The notes under the pieces are model-generated. The model saw only the letters and a program-made list of their open reading frames with translations, was not told where the DNA came from and did no database searches. Made by a program: the position numbers and the translations under genes. A stretch of DNA of 63,423 bases, counting the filler, from Folioceros fuciformis (lineage: Eukaryota), in the NCBI GenBank assembly GCA_049999805.1. It is 3 parts of 2 records of this genome, joined end to end, with 100 filler letters (N's around TTAATTAATTAA, not from the genome) between each part and the next. Parts side by side here need not be neighbours in the genome. Positions count along the whole stretch, not along the records: positions 15,040 to 43,114 come from JBNGIO010006132.1; positions 43,215 to 63,423 come from JBNGIO010006135.1; 1 more part is not named here. One strand, 5' to 3'. Below, in pieces: positions 36,520 to 48,749 of this stretch. How positions within the stretch are numbered: position 1 is the stretch's first letter; every line of letters starts with the position of its first letter.

Positions 36520-39000
36520 ATGGCTGGCGTCATTAAGGAGCAGCTTCTCGTTGATGGAGTCAGCTCGGTGGCGTCACTCTCTCCTGCGGGACTGCTCCAG
36601 TGGAGTGGTGCCAGATCTGGGAGCCTCGTACTAGCGGATGACGTGCTGGGAATTGTCAAGGGTCAAAGCACCATCACCCTAAATACGTTTCAGCTCACAG
36701 TTCCGGGATGTACAGATTGTGGTGGTGGCCACCCTAGAAGGGTCCGCAAGGACATTGTTCTCACCTTCTCTGATCAAGAAGCACATCATACCTGGTTTGA
36801 AGCTATTCAGCGATGTCTTGGCAGCTCAGGTACAACCAGGAATGTTCAAGCAGGCCACGCCCCTACTTTGTGTGATGAAAACGCAGTTCTTCCAGAGAGG
36901 GGATTTCTTGGCACCCATTTTCATCTTAGGAGTTCTTGGCAGGGAGGCCTACGCGGCTTATGGTGTTTGTGAATCCTTTTGGAGGGAAGCGCGGAGCTAA
37001 GGATGTCTTCTTCCGGACTGTGGAGCCGATGTTCAGGGCCGCTGGCATTTCCATAGTCATGAGAGGTCAGACTCGATGTTTTTGTTTCTGAGACCATATG
37101 TATGCCACCCTTCTTTGCATCATGGTATGGGCTAACGTTTGCAACGCGTTTCATATGTTGGGCACCGTTCTCAGGCTGATCCAGTGTTGGTGTTGCCAGA
37201 GACACAATTTCAACACCATGCAAAAGACCTTGCAAAGTCTATCGATATCTCGCAATTCGACGGTGTAGTCTGCGTCAGTGGCGATGGGGTGCTGGTTGAG
37301 GTAAGTAACTCGGTTGAGCTCCCCTGCCTTGTTCTGCCTGCTATGATGTGTCCAAACCTCAATTCGAGTTTGCTTATCACAGGTTCTCAATGGTTTGTTA
37401 GAAAGGGCAGATTGGGAGCGGGCAATCAAATTGCCCCTAGGAATTATTCCTGCAGGTATGTATCTTGTTGAAGGTGAAAGCATCATGTTCCCTGGCAAAC
37501 TTTAGCACGGTAAGCATTCCTTCTGAGCTGGTCTTGTTCTACCTGAAACAGGTTCAGGCAATGGTATGGCTAAGTCTGTCCTCAGTCAAGCAGGAGAACC
37601 CTGCGATGCGGCTGCTGCAACTTTTGCCATCATTCGAGGTGAGTTCCGGAAGTCCTCCTCTGCATCTCCATCTGAGGATGCGTGGAAGGCATTCCAAGCA
37701 TGGTGGAATGGCACCTCCACATTCTGCTCCATCCTCACCGTCCACCGCTCCCTAACATCTGTAGGACACACGCGGGCGTTGGACGTTGCTACAGTTTCAC
37801 AAGGGCAAGCAAAGTTTCATAGCTTATTGATGCTAACTTGGGGTAAGCTTGTTGTCCTTTCCACATCTGCTCCAAGTCTGCATTCCTTCCAGTGTCATGC
37901 ACAGCACTTACGATCAAGGCAGTTTTTGCATCACCCAAGATCTGCTACTTGCATTTTTTACAACAGAGTGCCTGGTTTTGCAGGACTTGTTGCCGATGTT
38001 GATGTCGAGTCCGAAAGATTCAGATGGCTAGGTAGTCTTCGATTTGATGTCCAGGTCTGTGCACTTGGTCTCATTACTCTGCTGGATTTGAGCACCACGC
38101 GTGGTCTAGAATGAACTTGTTACATTTCTTGTTGTTGGATTAGACTTACGTGGGCATGGAGATGAGAAGGCCAAGAATGTGATTCAAGTCCTCTATCCTG
38201 CAGACCCTGTGCCGCTTACTGTTCCTCCGGCAGTACAATGGCAGCTTTGCATACATTCCTGAACCTGGCTCAGAAGGCACGGGTGAAGTGTACAGCGCAG
38301 AGCAAGATGAAAGGGGACTTCTGTCAAAGCGCGTAGAGGCAAGCGACCAAGAACGCAGCTGGCGCAAGAATGGTTACTCGGGGCCTCTTGTTCCTACAGA
38401 GGGTGCTGAGTGGCGCACCATGGAAGGCTCCTTTGTCCTCCTCTGGCTGCTCAACGTCCCCTGGGCAAGCACAGATGCACAACCAGCACCTCTGGCCGAA
38501 GTAAGAACATCCTTGGTGGCCTATCTGAAACGACAGTAGGGATGCGATGCTTCCGAGGTCCAGGTCTGACCAATGTCTGGTGCATGCAGTTTTCAGATGG
38601 TTGCTTGGACTTGCTTGTGGTGAGAGATGTCCCTCGGTGGACACTTCTCAGCATGCTTCTGGGCCTGAGAAAGGGCACCCACATCAAATCCAAGTACGTC
38701 GAGTATTTGAAGGTAACAAACATGTTTTGCCCACCTGCCTTCCGAAGCCGTCTGAATCTGGTGGAAAAGCTCTTGTGCTGAATCTGGTGTGACTTGGTGC
38801 AGGTGAAGGCCCTGCGGTTGGCTCCAGGCGGCATAGTTGGCAGCTCAGGGAAAGGAGGATATCTCGACCTGGACGGTGAGGTTTTGGCCCGAGGAGAAGG
38901 TTCCTTGGGCGACAGTAGCAGTGATCCTATGGTCTATGGCCCAACCATAGAAGTGACAGTGGAGAAAGGCCTTGCCACCATTTTTTGCCCGCCTTCATAA
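36520..39000 (+). CDS. SPHK1: Sphingosine / long-chain base kinase (DAGK-like catalytic domain), 10 exons
   Basis: Motifs: RLMVFVNPFGGK, DGVVCVSGDGVLVEVLNGL, LPLGIIPAGSGNGMAKS, LMLTWGLVADVDVESE, FSDGCLDL and GGYLDLDGE. The introns are GT-AG. Confidence 0.95.
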
Positions 39001-40139
39001 TATGTTGATTTTCAAGTCTGAACATTAGGAGGTGAGCATACACGAGTCACCGAGCAGTCGGACTCGCTTCACGGAAGCCACTTTTTCTCCGGGAGTTGCA
39101 TCACGGGAGAGATGCACAGAGTTCGATGCTCCTTACGGAACGGGTTCAAGGAATCCCAGTTCTCCGATTTGCTCGAAACGAAGTCGTCCGATAGTGGACA
39201 CCAGTTCCCTTGAATCGGGAGTCTGTAGAAACCCTTTCCTGTTCGATGCTTCGTCAAACGCCGAGGGTGCCTTGACTGCACAGTCCTGGGAGGTCACTTC
39301 TGTACAAGCATATCTAAGGTTTAGGCTTGCACCTTTATTTGATGTCGTTCTGTGCGTACGCCGTCTCGGTTGGATTCAACGTCTTCGGCTTCTGGCCGGG
39401 TTCATGGGACCCAGCCCGCAAGGTGTCATGGGACACAGGACCTGGACAGCGTCAAGGCTGCATGGTCATCGCGGCAGCCGGGAGCCTCGTTGCTGCAGGA
39501 CCTGTCTGATTCCTGTCATCTCAACTAGTCTGGCTTCGGCTCTGTGTCCTCCTTCGAAACTAAAGTTCGGTTCTTGCCTGCACACAGTTTAGCGTGCCGG
39601 AGGTGACGGGGATGTAGCACCCAGCTGTCTCAGTCATGAAAAGGGACTATCGTCGAGAAAGATGGTACATGAAGTGTGCGCCGTTACCCATGATTCCTCC
39701 TTTCCCAAGGCATGTCACGATTTTGCGTCGCAGTGGCCATCCTCTGGAGTTCGCTGTCGAAGATTCTTATTGGTGGGAACCACAAGCATGGCCTACCTGC
39801 TGAGGTTGAGGAACATGGTCTCAGTTCACCACTTGGTGTTGAATCATGCTCCCCAACTTTGATCCGATGAGAATCCTCGATTTGTCACCCTTATCATGAT
39901 TCCTGCTGACAGCGCTTAACAATGTGCTCTGGTGCTCTGGGGTGAGCAACTGGTGAAACACGAAGAACTCATCTTCCACTTTACCTGCAATATATGCAAA
40001 ATATGCTTTCCCTCGTAAACTCCCAAGCTGTCACAAGCTTGCAGTATAAAGACAAGTAAAGCTGCTCTTGTCCATTCCTGTTCCAAGAAGATCAGGTGCT
40101 TTTTGACCAGAACGAATGAGCCGCAAGCCATGGACGGTG

Positions 40140-40800
40140 AAATCCAATCCTAAAACCTAAAAGCTGACAGCTGCACTCGCAGATTGTTGAAAATGGACTG
40201 CTGGATAACGTAGCACCTGCCTGGTAACATGTATGTGGTGAACCGGGAGATGCACGCGGGGTTTTGGAAAGCTTGGCCACAACGAATTTGATGACATGGA
40301 ATGTCCTGATGGCTGTGTATGCACAGCAGGGACTCGGCCAAGGGGCGCTTGTTGTGCACGGAATGATGGAGGATGCTGGCCTCGCTTTCGCTGACCATGT
40401 GACCTTCTGAAGGCATTGATGCTTGCCTCCTGAAGCCCTGTGGAAGCAGTATTGCAGTACCGGAAGGCATGCCACTGCACGCAAAGATTGTCCAAAGAGG
40501 ACTGCTGGATGATGTGGTAGGCTGTCGTGTGCGAAATGTGGCAAACTAGAAGAGGCACGCCATGTTTTGTATAGCCTGGCCACAAAGGATGTGGTGATGG
40601 ATTGGTGTGGTGCTTGTGATGAAGGCCACAAGGCGCGAGCTTGTGTTGATGAGATGCTAGTTGCCGGTGTTCGGCCAAATGAAGCTACATTCACTCGCCT
40701 TCTAAGTAGCCTGCAGTCATGAGACTGTGTCGAACAGAGAGACACACTGTCGCAAAGGACGGGTGCCATGTGCATCGATTCGCAAATGGTTCTCGAAGCT
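40140..40800 (+). pseudogene. Decayed PLS-class PPR gene fragment
   Basis: PPR-like pieces are broken by stops and frameshifts: GDARGVLESLATTNLMTWNVLMAVYAQQGLGQGAL, AKCGKLEEARHVLYSLATKDVV and EMLVAGVRPNEATFTRLL. Confidence 0.75.
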
Positions 40801-41349
40801 GGAAGTGTCGACCCGAAGGCTGAGGACAATTTAGAGCTCGCCAGCCAGCTAAGTGTGTATGCCTGAGAATATCGTTCCCTTTCTTGAGGTGGATGTGCTT
40901 GCTTAGCTCCCTCTCTCTTCAAAGAGAGCATGCACGGGGACGTCAAAATCATACGAACCGTTCCCACTGACAGAATGAAGCAGGATCACATGGCGCAGAT
41001 GAATCAGGTGGCAGGGCTTCTGCCGTCTCCTTGGCAGGACTGCATTCATGGAGTCCAGATGCTTCTTCCACCCACTCTCTCGCACCGGCATGCACGGTTG
41101 CCGTGCTTCTGCAATTGCGTTCACGATCGAACAACTCAGTGCTTGACTTCGTTCTAACCAACACGACCAGGTACAATCACGAGGCCACTGTGCGGAGCTC
41201 ACGATCCGTCCTCGTCGTGAGCTGCCGTTCTCCATCTGCCGAATGCCAGAGGCAGCGACGGCAGGTCAGATCGCTTGCACCATAAATCCACCAGCCGCGT
41301 GCTCAGAATTCAAGTCCAGAGCTTCTCGCCTCCACAGCTCACTAGCAGA

Positions 41350-42141
41350 ATGCAGGTGCCGTCTTCTTCATCCGCGTTGCTGGTCCTAGCTCTGCTCCTC
41401 CTCCTTGCCGCCTCGCTCTCGGTGGATGGACAGGAAGATGGCGCTCGGTCGCGGTCTCTGCTGACGTCAGGTGAGGGGGATTCTTGCCATCGCGCCTGTG
41501 AAGTGACATGCTGCCTACAAATTCTTGCTCGTTGCAGTTGATTCACTAATGCAGAACGGAGCTGCCAGAGTTTTTCTGGCTCCGCTTCGGAGTTGCGTTC
41601 TCATTACATGCATTTGTTGCAGAGGACTCGCCGCTCGATGGAGCAGGCAAATTCGACCGTGATTGGCACCATGGCGGCTGGGGACACCACGGAGGCGACC
41701 GCGAGCGTCACGGCTGGGGCGGAGGAGGAGACAACTACCACGATCGCGAGCGTCACGGCTGGGGTGGAGGAGGAGACCACGACCACGACCGCGACCGCGG
41801 CCATCGGGGCNNNNNNNNNNNNNNNNNNNNNNNNNNNNNNNNNNNNNNNNNNNNNNNNNNNNNNNNNNNNNNNNNNNNNNNNNNNNNNNNNNNNNNNNNN
41901 NNNNNNNNNNGGCGGCCATGGCGGAGACCATGGTGGAGAAGGCCATGAAGAAGGAGCCGCCCGAGGAACTGGTGCTGGAGCTGCGGCCGGCGCTGGCGGA
42001 GAGAAGGCGAGTAGGAAGACGATGGAAAAGGTGGAGGAGGGGCCACAGTATGGTGAAAACCACGGCCATGGCTGGGGCGATCGCCGCCATCACGGAGGTG
42101 GTGGCCGTGGTCACCACGGCGGTCATGGCGGGCCTCCATGA
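41350..42141 (+). CDS. Secreted glycine/histidine-rich protein, 2 exons (41350-41470, 41623-42141; exon 2 spans a gap)
   Basis: There is a signal peptide (SALLVLALLLLLAASLSVDG) and an in-phase GT-AG intron. Exon 2 reads WHHGGWGHHGG, (DRERHGWGGGG)x2 and GGHGGDHGG. A TATA-like CATAAAT is at 41281. Confidence 0.8.
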
Positions 42142-42849
42142 AACCTGCATGCCGTAGCAGGGCATGGCAAGTGCTGGAAAGATGCAATCCGAGGCTGTGG
42201 AAGTGACCTCCAGGAGGAAGGACACTGTATGTGCTGCAAAGCTGCTCGTCAGTTCAACATCTGTCGTTCTTCTTGTTAGAGTGCAGGCAGCGCAGGCTTG
42301 TAGTAGTTATAACAGCATAACTTACTGGTGTGGTTTGTAGCGTTGTTGAGAGGGCAGAGTTGCGCATCGCGTTAGCTTTCTCATCTAAAGCTAGACTATA
42401 TACAAGAGCATAATTACTTCTTATAGTATAAAGTTTTACTTACATAATGTTATTTTGCATATATGAATATATTTGAAGTCGAAAACGGCTCACTACCATT
42501 TGAATGCGTACAATGGAGAGAGCAAATTGGCTCTAGTCTGCAGGAGTGCACAGTTCGCGGAAATGGCAAACCCCGAGAGTGCGCCTTTGCCGCCGGGGTG
42601 TCCTGTGTGGTGAGCGATGCACGGGGTTTGGCCTATGCGGGGCCTGGACGGGCAACGCAATTGAGCAGAATGAACGAACTGTGGTACCGGAGCGCGCTCA
42701 ATCGTTGTGGAACCTGTAGTTGCCAATTTGTGCGGGCATACATTGGCGCATGCGACCTGTCTCACGCCTGCAGGATGGCGGGCTGCCCGCAAAACCTATC
42801 TGGCTGAAGCAAGCAGCGTCTTGCAGCGGGTAGTGGGAAGCCGCGAGAA

Positions 42850-42997
42850 ATGCAGAACGAAAGCTCTGCTGCGGCGGGAGATGGCGAGGCCGCAGCAGCC
42901 TCGAAGACGGGCCAGGTGAAACCTGGCATGCTGTGGGCCACGCAGCTGAGGAAGTATGTGGGGAATGGAGTCGGCCTGGGGTCAGAGGCGGTGACTG
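42850..42997 (+). CDS. TON2: First coding exon of PP2A B'' regulatory subunit TONNEAU2/FASS; no further exons found in the window
   Basis: MLWATQLRKYVGNGVGLGSEAVT matches the TON2 N-terminal motif as I recall it (MLWVRNLRRYIGSGAGLGSEALM). A GTGAGT donor follows at 42998. The exon is too short for the supplied ORF track. Confidence 0.8.
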
Positions 42998-43158
42998 GTG
43001 AGTGAGTTCTGTCACCGTGATATGAAGGTCCCGCTGCTTTGTGTGCTTCTCCACTCGCCTTTCGAACATGCTAGGTTTTGTGATTCTAGGAGGAGGGAAG
43101 GAAAGGTTGGACCTNNNNNNNNNNNNNNNNNNNNNNNNNNNNNNNNNNNNNNNNNNNN

Positions 43159-43170
43159 TTAATTAATTAA
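43159..43170. other. Artificial scaffolding linker TTAATTAATTAA inside an N gap
   Basis: Same 12-mer as at 14984-14995. Confidence 0.9.
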
Positions 43171-43609
43171 NNNNNNNNNNNNNNNNNNNNNNNNNNNNNN
43201 NNNNNNNNNNNNNNCTCAATACCGCATCATGGTATCAGAGCCACCTATAGCGTGGATTGCATTCTAGAGAATGCGCATCAAATTGTGCACATTTGGATGT
43301 GCACAAACATGTGTTTTTGGCTCTTATCTTTTTAGAAATGTTCTTTAAAGATAGCCCAAAATAATCAAGAACTTAAAAACTCTGATTTTCATCTTTATAG
43401 TTGAATTTGCCTGCTTTAAAATTGCATCTTGCAGATATGGTGAGCATTCTAGCGTATCTATGCCAAATTGCTATTCCAGCAATTCTGGAATAGGTGCGCT
43501 AGGACACCCGTCAGATGCTACAACTTGCAATTAGAAGGCATTTATAAAATAAAGAAAATAAGGATGCATTCTAAACGCATCCCTACAATCAGAGTTACAG
43601 CCATCACAA

Positions 43610-44341
43610 ATGGCACAGAATGAAGGCCAGATTTGGCAACCATGGCCTGCTGAGCGGGTTCAGCGTAACCGCCCAACAAGAGGACAGCTTAATGACAGGA
43701 ACGTAGCAGAACGACTTCATCAAAACACACAAGAGTGGCTTTACAGAAACCAAGACAGACCTGCTCACAGGAGTCGTCTACGCGAAGCCCACAATTTGCT
43801 GGTTTCAACACTCTACCCAGATTACCAAAACCTAATTGCTGATTCTCAAGAGCAGGTCATAGGCGCTGATCATTTGAACTTGCGCCCCAGAGTTGCTTTA
43901 GATGTTTACGGGAACCCTAATGGTTTTCTCACAACACAGCCTACACCACAAGCCACAATCACACAGATCATTTCCAGGGTGGAATCACATGCCTTGTTTG
44001 TAGACAGAAGATTTGTTAATCTCAACAAAAGCGTGGCCAGTGTGAATGTGGACTTACAGGACTTGAGGGAGCAACTCTGTCATTTGGACTACAAGTTGCA
44101 CGTTCTTCTGAAGCCAGAACTTTTGAAGAATCCAGAATTCCGCACATTTGCTATAAGATCTGTGAAGTATACTAACGGCAGTCAACGCCTTTATAACCCA
44201 CACTCTTGTCCTTCATGTTCTACCTACGAACTCAATAGGCACATGTCAAGGAAACAGCAAATAGCAGAACAGGAAGCACAACAGGCAGCCAGTTTGCATG
44301 AGGAAGTCAGACCTTTCAACATGCTAGCTGCCCTTTTGTAG
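43610..44341 (+). CDS. Extra ORF (243 aa) between PBS and gag of Copia D; function unknown
   Basis: It is intact from ATG to TAG and ends 53 nt before the gag ATG. It has a heptad-like segment (LNKSVASVNVDLQDLREQLCHLDYKL) and HSCPSC. Confidence 0.7.
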   Translation: MAQNEGQIWQPWPAERVQRNRPTRGQLNDRNVAERLHQNTQEWLYRNQDRPAHRSRLREAHNLLVSTLYPDYQNLIADSQEQVIGADHLNLRPRVALDVYGNPNGFLTTQPTPQATITQIISRVESHALFVDRRFVNLNKSVASVNVDLQDLREQLCHLDYKLHVLLKPELLKNPEFRTFAIRSVKYTNGSQRLYNPHSCPSCSTYELNRHMSRKQQIAEQEAQQAASLHEEVRPFNMLAALL

Positions 44342-44394
44342 CTTTGTCTCTGCATACAGGCCAGTAGTTTTCATTTCCCTCTAGACCTCCAGCA

Positions 44395-47300
44395 ATGGGA
44401 GACACAGCCTCTTCATCATTTGTGGGAGGTGGGGAAAGCTTTAAGGAGAAAGACAGGTTCGATGGATGCCAATATGACATCTGGGTTATGCGCATGAAAG
44501 GCGCACTCCAAAGTAGAAAACTGTGGAAAACAACACAAGGGTTAGATAAAGCACAAGTAGCAGAAACATCTCAGGAAAAGGAGGCACGTGAGCAGAGAAA
44601 TGAAGCTGCTATGTACCTCATAAGAAGTGGACTCACAGCCGACATGATGCATCAAACATCAGGTTGTGAAACTGCTAAAGCAATCTGGGACCGCCTGGAA
44701 GAGCTATATGCTGGAAGAAATTCTGCCAGTCAACTATCAGCCCTTAGTAACCTTCAGCAGTGTAAGATGCGTGAAGGAGAATCTGTAGAGAAGCATATCA
44801 TGACCTTCAGAACCTTAGTCTCCAAGCTAGAACAAGCTACTGGCGAAACAATCAAGGATGAGATGCTAACACTTTACCTGTTACTCTCATTACCTCCCTC
44901 CTGGTCACATTTTGTGACATCAATTCATGCATCCCAGTTACAGGTAGCTAAATTGGCTAAGTTAGCTGACCTCAAAACACCAGAATTAACATTTGCAGAA
45001 CTTGTAGGGTCACTCCTGGAAGAGGAGGCGACAAGAGGTGTATCAGGCAGGCGTGCTGGCAAGCAGCAAGCGCTGTTTACATCCAACCGTGGTCGAGGTG
45101 GTGCAAGACCATACTCCAGAGGCGGTGGATCTGGTTCCTCACGAAGTGGCAGCTCGCAAGGAGGCCACTCATCACAATCTGCAAATAGGAAAAATAAGAA
45201 ATCAGGGACCTGCAACTGGTGCAAAATCCCTGGTCACTGGGAGAGGGATTGCAGGAAAAAGCAAGCAGGCTTACCTTGCAAGGAGGGAAGTACTGAGACT
45301 AATGTTGTGGTCAAAAGGCAACCATCGCCATCAGCGCTCATGGTTGGGATAGAGGGGTATGCTGACTATATCTCTTCACCCACATGTCTGTCAGCTAAAA
45401 CAACTGCTGGACGGTATAAAGAGTGGTACCTTGATACAGGAGCCACTGCTCACATGTGCTTCAACAGAAATGCTTTCAAAACATACAGGTCAGCTAAGGA
45501 CCAGTATGTTTACCTAGGTGATAACAGATCACTAATCTCTCCAGGTATAGGGACTGTTGAGTTGCCTGTGCCTTCTGGAGTCATGCTTCTACTTATGGAT
45601 GTGTATTATGTTCTTGAGATGACACGCAACCTCATTTCTGTTAGACGTCTCAACATAGACAATAACAGTCATATACTGTTCACAAACACAGAGTGTAAGG
45701 TGATAGATGCCTTTAATCCCAGCAAAGTCCTAGCTTACGGGTCCTCAGAACATGACCTGTTTCGCTTGCATACCAAGGGTGAGACAGTGTAGTCTCATCT
45801 CACACATGAGGACTCCCCTGCCTCTGCACAACAGATAGCAAAGACTAAGTTGTGGCACGCACGTCTAGGTCACCCACACAGCAGCAAGTTGCAGATATTA
45901 GCTGCTAGTGACCTCTATGCTGATGGTTCTATAGGCAAGTTAGTACCCTTACCTCTTTGTGAGCCATGTGTCCTGGCTAAGTGCCATCAAGCAGCTTTCA
46001 AGAATAAAGCTCCTCACAGGGCTTCAGAAGTCCTGGAGCTGGCTCACACAGATCTGTGTGGCCCCTTGTCTAAGCCTTCTCTTGGTGGTGGGAGATACTT
46101 CCTTACCTTCACAGATGACAAAACACGTTTTGTCAGTGCTTACATTCTTAACGCTAAAAGTGATTGCTTCTCACACTTCAAAGCTTACCTTAAGTTTGCA
46201 GAACGCTGGACAGGGAAGCAATTGAAAACCCTACGTTCAGACAACGGTGGGGAATTTACCTCACATGAATTCCAGGCTTTCTGCACTGAAGAAGGAATTG
46301 GTCGGCAGCTAACAGTTGTGTATACCCCTCAACAGAACGGGGTCGCAGAGCACATGAACCTTACTTTGCAAGAGATGACCTCCTCATTGTTGAACCATGC
46401 TCACCTCCCTTTGTCCTACTGGGAAGAGGCCCTCACAACTGCTGTTTACCTAAGAAACAGGTTGCCCACTAATGTTGTCCAAGGAATGACTCCCTACGAA
46501 GCATTTTATGGACACAAGCCCAAGATCCTTCATCTCAGGACATTTGGCTGTGTAGCTTATGCCTTTGTTCCTAAGAAAAAGCGCAAGAAGCTGCAGCACA
46601 AGGCCAGAAAGTTGCTGATGTTAGGTTATACTGAAGGCATCAAGGCATATAAACTGTATGATGTGCCTACAAATACTGTTACATACTCCAGGAGTGTTAC
46701 CTTCGATGAACACAGTTTCTGGCCAGTGGGAGCTTCTGATGACACTGATTCTCCAGATGACAATTGGGAATCTCTTGACCAGGATGTCTCATATTTTGAT
46801 GGCCTCCCTGCGGACGTTGCTCCTGCAGGTGGGGAACATCAGGATCCGCCCACACATGAGGATGAATCTGCACATCAGGATGAACCTGAATTTGACGTTG
46901 CTGATCTAGTGCAGCAGCAACATCCTCGTGAGCCCTTACCTCCACTTGATGAGGAAGAGGTCATTGCAGTAGAGTCTGATTCTGACGATGCTGCAGATGA
47001 GGTCGCTCTTGACATCCAGGAACCACAGTATGCGCAGCCTGATCCACCTGCTGCTCCACCTGAACCCCGTTATCCCCAGCGTGAACGTCGTCCTCCCAAC
47101 CTCTATCAATCTTTTGATTTCAGGTCACCTCAAGCACATGCTGCTTTACTTGATCCCCTTGAACCACAGTCATATGAGGAAGCTCTCCGGAGGCCTGATT
47201 CTGCAGAATGGAAGAATGCAATTCAGGCTGAATATGACTCATTGATTAAAAACGGGACTTGGGAATTGGCCAAGTTACCTCCAGGTCGAAAGATGGTATC

Positions 47301-48749
47301 CTGCAAATGGGTATTCAAGCTCAAGGTCAAAGCTGATGGTACTTTCGACAGATATAAAGCTCGGCTAGTTGCACGAGGCTTTACACAAGTACCAGGGCTT
47401 GATTATTTTGAAACATACGCACCTGTTGTAAAGATGGCCACCTTTCGTACCATATGTGCTATAGCAGCACACAAAGACTACGAATTGCAGATGTTCGACG
47501 TCAAGACAGCCTTCCTACATGGAAGGCTAGACACTGAGATCTACATGCAGCAGGGGGCTATGAGGTAAAAGGGAAAGAGGACCATGTCCTGCAACTTATA
47601 AAAACGCTGTATGGCCTCAAACAGTCAGCACTAAAGTGGAATGAGGCTCTTGATGAAGTGGTTCTAGCTTTAGGCTTCATCAAGTGTAAGGCTGATGGGA
47701 GCCTCTACGTATACAGGAAAGGGGACACTTTATGCTATTTAGCAGTCTATGTGGATGACCTGATCATAGCCTGCAATAGTGGAGCATACATAACCAAGCT
47801 CAATCTATTACTGGCAGAGAAATTTGAGATGACCAATCTAGGTCCTCTGCAGAGTTGCCTAGGGGTTCACATACAAAGGAACAGGGACAAGAGGGTCATA
47901 ACCCTTACCCAGCCTAAGTACTTACTTGACAGTGCAGAACAGATGGGTTTAAAAGACGCGAAACCTGCTTCTACCCCACTACCTACAGGACTCAAGCTTA
48001 GCCGCAACATGTGCCCTGAGACACAACAAGAGAAAGAAGCTATGAGTAACATCCCATACAGAAGAGGAGTTGGTAAATTAATCTATGCTTCTAATACAAC
48101 TAGGCCCGACATTTCTTTTGCCACTAGCTGCCTGTCCCAGTATCTTGAGAATCCAGGGCAGGAGCATTGGCAGTGTTTGAAAAGGGTATTCAGATACCTA
48201 AAGGGGACCTATGATGTGGGACTTAAGTATGAATATAGTCCCGAGGCTCTAGACCTAGTAGTTTACACAGACTCTTATTATGCTGGTGATATTGACTCTA
48301 GAAGGTCAGTGTCAGGCTATGTAGTAAGCTTTGCTGGAGGGCCCATATGCTGGAGTAGCAAAAAGCAACCCACTGTAGCCACCTCAAGCACAGAGGCTGA
48401 GTATCGGGTGTTAACAGCAGCAGCTAAGGAAGTAATCTGGCTCAAACTACTGTTCAAGGAAATGGGACTGAACCTTTCTACATGCACAAGTGTTAAGACC
48501 GACAATCAGGGCTCTATGGCACTTGCTAAAAACCCAGTGTTCCATTCAAGGATTAAACATGTTGAAGTAGAGTACCATTTTATACGGGAACAAGTGTCTG
48601 CAGGCAAGATTGTGCTAGAATATGTTCCCATAGCTGACAACCCTGCAGACATACTTACGAAAGCACTGGGGAGAGACCTGCACACCAGACACCTAAAAGG
48701 TCTAGGGTTAGGGAAGTCTGAAGACTTCTTGCAACCTCACAAAGTCTGA
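44395..48749 (+). pseudogene. Copia D gag-pol, disrupted by one in-frame TAG (45790-45792) and one frameshift (~47555)
   Basis: Motifs: CNWCKIPGHWERDC knuckle, WYLDTGATAH protease, WHARLGH and RSDNGGEF...QQNGVAE integrase, YKARLVARGF and YVDD RT, and an RNase H ending ADILTKAL. Confidence 0.95.

Noticed and set aside
40092-40967. 291-aa minus-strand ORF
   Set aside because: It is antisense to the PPR pseudogene remnant, with no independent coding signal.
41593-41810. Thr/Ala-rich reading (AAGDTTEATASVTAG...) in the supplied ORF track
   Set aside because: The splice phase from the signal-peptide exon selects the Gly/His-rich frame. The track frame is joined artificially across the gap.
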